DNA of 64,000 nucleotides, from the NCBI GenBank assembly GCA_964016885.1, contig OZ024753.1:44578001-44642000 (forward strand), in the 5' to 3' direction. The position numbers and the translations under genes were made by a program. Each line of letters begins with the position of its first letter. Within the stretch, counting starts at the first letter, position 1. Source of the DNA: Eledone cirrhosa. Its lineage: Eukaryota. Below are positions 53,801-64,000 of this stretch, in pieces. The notes beneath the pieces are model-generated. The model had not been told where the DNA came from. It did not search any database and saw only the letters and a list, made by a program, of their open reading frames with translations.

Positions 53801-53890
53801 TACAGTGGAACCTCAGTTCATGAATGTCTCTCATTATGAACAAATTTTCTGAACATAAAATGTCTTGGTTCATAAATGGTGTCTCAAGTA
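53801..53890 (+). mobile_element. Tigger/pogo-like transposon terminus
   Basis: TA-CAGTGGAACCTC start with short internal repeats; no matching other end found. Confidence 0.4.
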
Positions 53891-54558
53891 ATTGATCCAC
53901 AAGCTGGCAACAATGGTTGACACCAAGGTCAACTTTAAAAAAGTAGCAGTCCAAAACTGGAGGCTTCTTTCTTCTTCTATACTTTCTTACTTCTCTCTAC
54001 CATGCTCTCTCTCTCTCTACTTCTCTCACAGAAATCATATGTGTTCAGACCTGGAGAGGTGATTAGCTCTGCCAGCTTTAAAATATACCTAAGAAAGTCT
54101 GTATGATCCTACATCGACCCTACGACTCTACCAGGAGCCATGGCTAAATTAAATCCAAACTAGAAAATCTATTTTATGGTTTTCCTTATTGCTGCTAGCT
54201 GGAGATTTGTTTTCAGAAAATTGTTATAAAACAAATCCCACATGTACCTTATTAATTTTTTAATCAGTTCTCTTCACTCTGCATGTTATCACACTCATGG
54301 AAATAGGTTTTATGGTTAAGATTTGGGGAATTTTGTCAGTTATTATAGTTTTTTTATGGAAGGTTTTATAATTCCCTTGCAGCTGAAATCAAGCAGATAT
54401 CTGCTTACAACACAACAGATCCAGCAGTAAGGTTTGAACTTATGACCATATGATCAATAACTTATAACTATATAATCAATAACTTATGACCATATATATA
54501 TATATGATCAATAACACAACATCTTAACTTCACAGACATTCTGCTTTAATTCAATATA

Positions 54559-54640
<82 letters not shown>

Positions 54641-56090
54641 TCATAAACATATGTATATATAAACCTATTCATAAACACACACACACATATATATGCTAGC
54701 ATGGAAGGTGGACGTTAAACGATGATGATGATGATATATATACACACACACATTTCAGCATAAAACAGTTCTAAATGTTGGCAAGGATGCATTAATCAAC
54801 AGTTATACATAGACACAGATTAGTACATTCATATTATTCATTCGGAATAGTATATTAGGATAAAACTTATGAATCGTCTTCATTTATCGTGAGGAAATAT
54901 AAATATTTAATATTCTACAAAGAAGCATATCAAAATATGCATATTAGTTCTGCTAAAAACATGAAAACTACTATAGGAAAGTATTCTATGGAATGGCGAT
55001 CTATTTCCTAGTAAACTCCAATGAAGCAGATAATGAATTTGTTAAAAGGAAATAACATAATGTATCGATATTAGGATGCATTGCCTAGGAGAGAAAAGCC
55101 TTCAATGAGCAGCAATTATGTTGATAAGAATTTTTTAAAGGGAACAAAGTTATGTAATATTAACAGAATAATTGTAGAAATGGCACTATTTGCTATGTTT
55201 AATAATTCATCTTTGTGTGTTTGTAGAAGACTAATCTAGAAGTCACACAATAACCAGTGTGGAAGAATTGCATGCAAAGAATGTAAACAGTATTATGGCT
55301 TTGTACAGCAATAAAAGTTACAATAGAATGCTTTTGAAAGGTTTCGATGTTTATGAAGGTGAGTGCTTCTCCCCCAAAATTCTAAACATTGAATTCATTA
55401 CAATATTTGGTTTCTATTCAATATAAGAATGTAAAAGATGTTTAGGAGGAAAAAATATTCCTTCAGTAGTAACGTATTCCACATTGTATTGTGTTGGAGT
55501 TATTTTGGTTAGTTGCAGAATAGTGATGCTCTTTGGGGATGAAGTCCAATTACTGAGAAAATTGTTACAATGTTGCTGAATGATAAACTATTGCAGGAAT
55601 CGCTGAATTAGAGATGAGGCAACAGTAAAATATATTTAGAAGAATAATGCCGATATTCAGAGAATAGATATCAAATTATTTATTATTATAACTAATTTGA
55701 GGAATCATATTTCTGAGTTCAAATTAAATCCTGTTAAATGTATTTTTTTTTTACTCAATTTTGACACAATTTAATCTACTGAGTGTACACATTTTACGGA
55801 GAACATTGCTGATAAGTTAGTTGGGATAAACTGGATTCAACACATCTTCTGGGCAAATATTTTGCTCAAGATTAAACATGTAATCCCCCCCTTATTCAAT
55901 TGTCATATTTATCACATTCCAGCATGAGTGACACCCCCCTACATCTATTCTCATTACGTAATGCTACATTCTAGACACCTCTTAAAACACCTGCATGTCT
56001 GACAAAACACACAATCACATGACTACCCCACCCCGTTTATGGTTATGCTGTATAATACACCTTTTGTCTACAGTAAACGACTTTGGACTC

Positions 56091-56180
56091 TGACAGTCTT
56101 ATTGGTGGTCACTCCTCTCAGGACAGACTTACTGGTGGTCACTCTTCTCAGGACAGACTTATTGGTAGTCACTCTTCTCA
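56091..56180. repeat. 30-bp tandem repeat, 3 copies
   Basis: GACAG(T/A)CTTA(T/C)TGGT(G/A)GTCACTC(C/T)TCTCAG. Confidence 0.9.
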
Positions 56181-56289
56181 GGGCTTAACTTGACAGCTAG
56201 TTTTATGTTGTTTAAGTTTTTACATTGTGTATATCGCACTCTCATTGTGGTTTCCATTTTTCTTAGTTTTAAATGATATAGTAAAGAAT

Positions 56290-56680
56290 GAACTTACACA
56301 TCCATTCCACCTAATATGACTTGATGAGGATCTTCCTGATGACTGGAGGCATGGAGTGATTGTCACTTGACCAAAGAAACGATGTCTAGATGACTACAAT
56401 AACTGTTGTATAACATTATTGTCTATTCCTGGCAATGGGTACTGGAAGATTATTTTCAACCATTTAAACAAAACAGTACACAAACACTTTAGGGAAAAAC
56501 AATCAGGTTTTCAAAAAGAAAGTTTCTTGCACGGAGCAAATACTCATCCTTGACAACATTATTGAACAGAGAATTGATTTTATAGATTTCAAATAAGTCT
56601 TTGACAGTGTTCGCCGTAAGTCATTGAACAGAATCATGAAGTTCTATGAAGTACCACCAAACTTTATCAATATCATACAC
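56290..56680 (+). mobile_element. RTE-clade LINE reverse transcriptase remnant
   Basis: LPDDWRHGVIVT*PKK..ITLLSIPG..FREKQSGFQK..SCTEQILILDNIIEQ..FIDFK*VFDSV. Confidence 0.9.
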
Positions 56681-56745
56681 TAAAAAAGAATTCTATCTGA
56701 CATTCTAACAACTCTGCCACTCTGCTACATCTGAAGTGGTGTATA

Positions 56746-57148
56746 ATAATGGTTTCTGATTTAGGCACAAGGCCAACAATTTGGGGGGAGGGGAAGTTGA
56801 TTAAATCGACGCTAGTGGGTTACCGGTACTTTATTTTATTGACCCCGACCCCGTAAGGATAAAAGGCAAAGCTAGCCTCGGCAGGATTTTAACTCAGAAT
56901 GTAAAGGGCCGTAACTCTATGTTGTAAAGCATGGTTTCTGATTTAGGCACAAGGCCAACAATTTGGGGGAAAGGGGAAGTTGATTAAATCAACCCCAGTG
57001 CATTACTGGTACTTTATTTTATCGACCCAGTATGGATGAAAGGCAAAGCTAACCTTGGCGATATTTGAACTCAGAACATAAAGTGACGTAACTCTATGCT
57101 GCAAAGCATGGTGACCGACGCTCTACCGATTACTGCCAATCCACCAGA
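56746..57148 (-). mobile_element. Two tandem SINE family M copies
   Basis: Same motifs as other family M copies; the first lacks its head. Confidence 0.9.
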
Positions 57149-57565
57149 CTTGGTAGTGGTTAAATAATAATATTGAAGCTGTTTCCCCATATCTGATTCT
57201 TCTTGATTCACTGCCTCACCAATGGCTTCTGTCATATCAATATGTGATTGGTGGGATCTCTATGATCTCCAACTTTCAAACATATCTTAGTCTTCAGGGG
57301 TTTCTTACCACTACATTAAAATTTAGATACAAATCATATTATCCACCCCCGACTCTCTAACACCACAACATTGATCCACTGATACTAACCCTCTGATAAA
57401 TTTTGTCTCTCTACACAAGACCTGTTTACTGCTTACCAGCATATATCACATCAATTCTACTTTGGTTATCTACACGACCAACAAGGTAGCCATTTCTTTC
57501 ACTCTGTTTCTCTCTCTCACTATCTCTCTCTTCCCCTCTCTTTCTCATTCTCATCCATGCTTTCT

Positions 57566-57598
<33 letters not shown>

Positions 57599-57701
57599 TC
57601 AACACCTCTATTCTATTACTTCACATTACACAGTCAATACTACTACTACTACTATCAACACCTCTATTCTATTACGACACATTACATAGTTACACAGTCA
57701 A

Positions 57702-57743
<42 letters not shown>

Positions 57744-58969
57744 ATCTCTATACTATCAACATCTCTATTCTATTACTACACATTATACAGTCAATACTAA
57801 CATTCAATACAGTACTACTACCACAACTAAATCACTATACTGTCAACATGAAATTGTTAGCACTAAAATCAATATCACAGTGTCAACATTACAATCAGAA
57901 TTAACAACAACCACATCATCACAAACAATACTAAATTCTATTAAAATTCTCCTTCATTAAGAGAAGTGTTGCAACAACATTTGGAATTTTCTCATTATTT
58001 TCAGATTCCTAACATTTAGAATTGCCTTCTGAAAAAAAAAAAAGATTTTATGTTTTTTCTTTGTTTTTTTTTCATTTTCAAATTCTCATCAGTTATTTTC
58101 TAAAAATACCCACCCTAAGAAGAGTATTGATTCTCTTTTAGTTTCCTAGTTGAAGATAAATGTCATCTTTTTAATGAAATAATGGGATTTAAAAGAACTG
58201 AACAAATCTTGCTTAGACTTCTAATTTTTCTTTTTCTCTCTCCTGTTGCTGTCAGAAACATTAGATATTGTTTCTTTGTTGCTTGAACTAACTAAAAAGA
58301 ACTAAAGAGTCCTTTCAAGTTCCATTTTAGGCAGGAATCAAAGACTATAGTAGTAATTCCCCCAACCATCATTAAGCAATCATAGCATCCTTCATCATGT
58401 TTTCATAAAAATTTACAACTTCAATTTAGCTAGCTGAAAAATGAAGAACCATGATTTGATTGCATGATACTGGCATGTTGTTGAAATAAATTGGTTTAGT
58501 GGATAAAGAATTGGACTAGAAACTGATGGCTTATGGGTTCATATTTGTTGTGGATAATGTATTGTTTAGTCTTGGCACCAGGATTTAGTTGTCTTAAAGG
58601 TAGGAAAGAGCTTTCATTGGTGATGACTTACCTGGGAAAGGTGGTTTTGGAGAAGACCAACAGTCACACATGTGTGAAGTCTCATTTCACACCACAACAC
58701 CAACACTTACCGTGGACACTGACCAGGGATAGTAACCATGGACAATGACCAAGGACACCATGGATAGTGACTAGAGAACTGACCACAGACACTATAACTT
58801 GACCTCAGTGTCAAACATAAAAAACATTACAAACATTAAAAAAAACAAATAAAACAATCTTGCCATCGGGCAACCTGGCAACCTAGCCAGTCCACCACTG
58901 CATATAAATATATACATATACACACATAAATATGTATATATGCATATATATATATATATATATATATAT

Positions 58970-59617
58970 TAGGCATACGTCAAGACGGGAAGTCTCAAAG
59001 GTGAAACTAATTTTTGACATTGTGAATTTGTTTGTTTTTTTACAAATGCAATTGTATGGATTTCTTAATATATATATATGTGTGGGTGTGTATATGTGTG
59101 TATATATATGTGTGTGTGTATGTATATATATATATATGTGTGTTTGTATATATATATGTGTTTGTGTTATCATCATCGTTTAACATCTATCTTCCACTCA
59201 AGCATGGGTTTAGACGTATATATATGTTTGTGTGTATATATGTGTTTGTGTGTATATATATGTGTGTTTGTGTGTATATATATGTGTCTGTATATATATA
59301 TATGTGTATGTGGCCACATATATATACACACAAACACACATATATATACACACAAACACATATATACACACAAACATATATATACGTCTAAACCCATGCT
59401 TGAGTGGAAGATAGACGTTAAACGATGATGATGACACAAACACATATATATATACAAACACACACATATATATACATACACACACATATATATATACACA
59501 CCCACACATATATATATATATTAAGAAATCCATACAATTGCGTTTGTAAAAAAACAAACAAATTCACAATGTCAAAAATTAGTTTCACTTTTGAGACCGC
59601 CCGTGTTGACGTATGCC

Positions 59618-59619
<2 letters not shown>
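58970..59619. repeat. About 650-bp fold-back palindrome
   Basis: Centre TATGTGG|CCACATA at 59313/59314. Both arms carry 100 bp of unique sequence, microsatellite and an RTE-type tail; 5 mismatches in the outer 100 bp. Confidence 0.95.
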
Positions 59620-59656
<37 letters not shown>

Positions 59657-59873
59657 CATTTGTAAGTTAAAATAATAAAATAAATTTATTCCTCCAGTGC
59701 CAGCTCGATATTGAACCTCTCACCTCATTACGAAAGAAGGAATACTAATTATTCCTACCAACGAAGCTACCAGAGAACTTACGGAAAGTTTTATATATTT
59801 AAAATAATAAAACCTTACATTTATTTATTTAATTATAAATACGGAAAGTGTAGCAATAGAAAATAAATAAAAC

Positions 59874-60372
59874 TTCAAAATAATTATAATATCCGACATT
59901 GTTTTGAGAATAATAGTGTAAAATTATGACACCGGTTTAGGGATTTCATGTAACCTTTGCCCTCTCGTCCCCACGGTCATTTGATGTTCAGATTAAAGAG
60001 AGGTGGGAGAGTAAATTAATTGTTTTATTTATTTACTTATATCAAACAAGGAACAAGATGCCGGGAAAAAAATTTAAAAAATTTGCTGTCGTTACAAAAA
60101 TAAAATTTAACCATTACCCCTCCCATGATGCAACGGGGGCAGGTAAATAATTTGACGATTTAGCGACATCAGTTCCATAAATTTCGCCGAGCCGAAATCT
60201 CAAGAACGATAACTCTGTCTTTACTTAATCGCAAAAATGGGTGCAAAAAAGTTTCACTTAACACACACACACACACACACATATGCTCTCTCTCTCTGGC
60301 TTTTGCTACAATCTTTTCTATACCTTTCATTTATATATATACACATTAATATATATATATATATATATATAC

Positions 60373-60461
<89 letters not shown>

Positions 60462-61554
60462 AGTGGCACTCCGTCGGTTACGACGACGACAATTCCTGTT
60501 TTCCCGAAGAAATAAAATTTGACTAACAGCAGAATGTTTATTGTTTATTGTTGTTGCTGTTGTTCTCTCTATTGTTATCGTTCTTGTTGTTGCTGCTGTT
60601 ATATATATATATATATATGAAGGATGAGAGCTGCTTAAGGGGGGGGGGGGGGGGCAGAGCACTAAAAGTCGATGGAAGGCTTGGAGTGGGGAGACCCAAG
60701 AAGACCTAGGATGAGGTGATAAAAACTGACCTAGCCCAAGTAGACCTCTCAACGGCGATGACACGACCGTGACCTCTGGCGTCACGCAGTAATACAGAAG
60801 ACCCGACCTCCCACGGGAACAAGCTGAAGCATATAGACAATATGCCCCCACTCCAAAGTGGTTGTGGAGGTGTCACGACAAGAAAACACCCAGCCCACAC
60901 TGTAAAGTGATCGTGTAGGCGCCTCGGTAAAAAAAAAAGCACCCGAAATCAAGCCAAATTTTTCCCGTATGAGCAAGACAGGTCACCCGACCTGCACTGC
61001 CCACAACAGGACAACCCGTCTAACCCATGCTAGCGTGGAAACACACACATATATATATATATATGTGTGTGTTAATTATATATTTTAAATAGCTCATAGA
61101 ACACTTTTTTTCTTTGCTTTTCCTTTGGAATTACGTAACACGTAATTCCAAATACCGAGAGAAAGAGATACTCTGAAACTTTTTTTACACCCATTTTTGC
61201 GATTAAGTAAAGACAGAGTTATCGTTCTTGAGATTTCAGCTCGGAGAAATTTAAGGAACTGATGTCGCTAAATCGTCAAATTATTTACCTCCCCCGTTGC
61301 ATCATGGGAGGGGTAATGGTTGAATTTTCTTTTTGTAACGACGGCAAATTTTAAAAAAAATTTTCCCGGCATCTCCTTCCTTGTTTGATATAAGTAAATA
61401 AATAAAACAATTAATTTACTCCCCACCTCTCTTTAATCTGAACATCAAATGACCGTGGGGACGAGAGTCAAGGGTTACATGAAATACCTAAACCGGTGTC
61501 ATAATTTTACACTGTTATTCTCAAAACAATATCGGATATTATAATTATTTTGAA
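59874..61554. repeat. Long inverted repeat: arms 59874-60256 and 61174-61554 (about 94% identical), 917-bp spacer
   Basis: Manual alignment gives about 23 differences in about 382 bp; 14 CpGs in the left arm. Confidence 0.95.
60650..61040 (+). mobile_element. RTE LINE 3' end plus RTE-tailed element in the inverted-repeat spacer
   Basis: RALKVDGRLGVGRPKKT*DEVIKTDL..DRDLWRHAVIQKTR, later TAACCCATGCTAGCGTGGAAA. Confidence 0.8.
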
Positions 61555-61689
61555 TAAGTAAATAAATAAAACAATTAATTTGATTGCACTTTTTGGTTTC
61601 CAGTTATGTATTTTTTGAAAATGTTGTTTATTCGTAATAAAAATTAAACAACGATAGTATTCTATATATGGGTGGGCCCCTTTATCTAC

Positions 61690-61771
61690 TGGCAATTAAT
61701 ATTGTTAGACCCAGTTCGCCTGTATATATATATATATACAGGCGAACTGGGTCTAACAATATTAATTGCCA
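61690..61771. repeat. Perfect 82-bp palindrome centred on (TA)8
   Basis: TGGCAATTAATATTGTTAGACCCAGTTCGCCTG-(TA)8-reverse complement. Confidence 0.95.
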
Positions 61772-61778
61772 TTGTTCA

Positions 61779-61824
<46 letters not shown>

Positions 61825-61925
61825 ATATATATATGTGTGTGTGTGTGTATATATATGTGTGTATATATATATATATGTGTGTATATATATATATATGTGT
61901 GTGTGTATATATATGTGTGTGTGTG

Positions 61926-61968
<43 letters not shown>

Positions 61969-62067
61969 GTGTGTGTGTGTGTGTATATATGTTTGAACAC
62001 TGCAAGCGAAATTTGGAATTGAAATAGAAACGACGCTGTACCATTTTTAAAAGTAAATAATATAGTC

Positions 62068-62198
62068 TAATAATTGTTTCTACTTTTGGCACAAGGCCAG
62101 CAATTATCCCAGTGTATTACTGGTACTTTATTTTATCGATCCCGTAAGGATGAAAGGCAAAGTTAACCTCGGCGGGATTTGAACTCAGACCATAAAGG
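62068..62198 (-). mobile_element. SINE family M, 5'-truncated
   Basis: B box, central domain and tail present. Confidence 0.9.
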
Positions 62199-62465
62199 TA
62201 GTCTAATATAGTCTAATAATGGGGCATATAAATATATATATATATATTTTCAATCACAGATATTTTTTATTTGTTTGACCCGAATTACTTGATCGTTTTT
62301 TTTCGCTATGATGTGATGATTGTTTAACCATCGTCTCAGTGTGTTTGGCCTTTAACGTATGTTATAGCTCTGGTTCATCTGAATCATTGAGCACTTGCCA
62401 CACATCTCGGAGGTTGTTTTTCGTTATTTCGTGAGCCGAAATGCGATTCTCGATAATTTATGTTT

Positions 62466-62523
<58 letters not shown>

Positions 62524-62688
62524 GTACATATATATATATTTGTGTACATATATATATATATATTTGTGTACATATATATATATTTGTGTACATATATATA
62601 TATATACATGTATATATATATATATATACTTGTGACCCTGCTTTAGTACAGACTTTTGCTAGTAAGAAAAGTGAACGTTAAATAATGA

Positions 62689-62801
<113 letters not shown>

Positions 62802-63529
62802 TGTGTGTGTCTGTATGTGTTTGTATTAGCCTAAAACCCATTCGGCAAATTGAAAAATGTTTTCTGAAGAATGTTTCAATTGATTGACAGAGTGATGAAT
62901 AACATATGAAAGTAATTGAACTGACTAGAGTAAGAGACTTGTTGCTACAGGTCTGCCATACATTTACTCCATACATTTACCATTCTTCTAATATAATGAA
63001 TTGTGTGTGCAGCAACAATGCATCTTTAAATTCTTGAAAACATCCATATCTTCTTTTCTCAATATCATACAAACTCTGAGAATATGTAACTGACACATTG
63101 GAAACATTATTCATGCTATCCATTAGCTTTAGCAAGAGTACAACTTTTCTTTCTTTCAATTTAGAGAGAGAGAGATAGAGAGATTTTTGGAGAGAAAATG
63201 TGTTCCTTGCACTCTTCAGTCTGTCTATATAGTTAGAGGAATGTCACAGTATTCAGCTGATCTTAACATTTCTCTTGGTGCACCATTAGTCTTCATTTAT
63301 TAGTAGCAGAATGTTATTTTTGTTGTTGTTGTTTAGCCCCAGGTCAGTCCTAACCATGCATTATTCCTGAAGCATTTCCAGATTTGAAGATCTTATAGTT
63401 GTTTGTCGTTTACACCCAGGTTAGTCATAATCAAGCATTCCTTTGGCACTTCCAGTTTTAAGGAGCTTTTTGTATATCTAGGACTACATATGTTGTTGTT
63501 GTTGTTGTTGTTTAGCGCCCTGCTCATTC

Positions 63530-63880
63530 ATGCTTTGTTGGATATCCAATGTAAATGTGAGAGAAAGGCAGAGCTTGGATGAACTGAGGGAGAAACTGGG
63601 TTTAAGAGGAATCTAAAGTGGTGTGCAAGATAAAGAAGATGACATTGGTATGGATATGTGATTACTCGGTGAAGAAGTGCCAGGAAATCCCAGTGGGAGG
63701 AAGACACAGTAGAGGGAGGCAAAGGAATGCCTGGACAGAGGTGGTGAGAGCTGATCTCAAATCACTGACTCACAGAGGAGATGACAAAGGAACGTGGCAT
63801 GTGGGAAGATGCGTTGCTCAAGAGGACCTCTCTCTAACCCATGCAAGCATGGAAATATGGACATAAAATCGATGATGATA
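63530..63880 (+). mobile_element. RTE-clade LINE 3' end with the tail shared by local SINEs
   Basis: MLCWISNVNVRERQSLDELREKLGLRGI..VKKCQEIPVGGRHSRGRQRNAWTEVVRADLK, then TAACCCATGCAAGCATGGAAATATGGACATAAAATCGATGATGAT. Confidence 0.9.
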
Positions 63881-64000
63881 AGAACTCTTTAAAATAGGTG
63901 GTTTTGTTTCATATAACCATTGCTGGTTTTCATATCAAAAGTGTAAAGATAGTAGGACTGGATTTGAGCAGGTTTGGTTTATTATTTCTTGCTGGTTAAA

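Noticed and set aside
55227-55358. Plus-strand exon-like segment ending AAG|GTGAGT (also 46331-46361)
   Set aside because: The 55.2-kb segment has stops in all three frames from the acceptor; no homology and no consistent plus-strand chain. Cannot be excluded without RNA data.
57460-57472. 13-nt match to miR-9-5p (CTTTGGTTATCTA)
   Set aside because: The rest of the mature sequence and the star arm are absent; the hairpin is only about 35 nt.

Overview
AT-rich eukaryotic DNA saturated with microsatellites. The SINE/LINE repertoire points to an octopod cephalopod (inference; species not determinable). There is no intact multi-exon CDS, rRNA, bona fide tRNA or CRISPR array, and nearly all ORFs in the supplied track are translations of microsatellites or SINEs. 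Contents: about 35 tRNA-derived SINE copies (CORE type and a Meta/LF-SINE-like type), decayed RTE, R4/Dong, L1-Tx1 and CR1 LINE fragments, an internally deleted Tc1/mariner element (DD46D-like), piggyBac-type TTAA MITEs, 125-bp and 23-bp minisatellites, and three fold-back repeats at 59.0-61.8 kb around a CpG-rich segment. The main signal is seven type I hammerhead-ribozyme motifs from three sequence-unrelated families (2.7, 6.8, 6.9, 26.0 and 31.8-32.0 kb). All lie in short ORF-less elements that run into (TA)n, some in the direct or inverted tandem arrangements typical of Penelope-like retroelements. One family has a non-canonical CAGAAGA core and a bulged, extended stem I. A decayed HDV-like fold may head a non-autonomous RTE element. 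Several minus-strand exon candidates suggest, with low confidence, that the window is the intron-rich 5' part of a gene running leftwards out of it.
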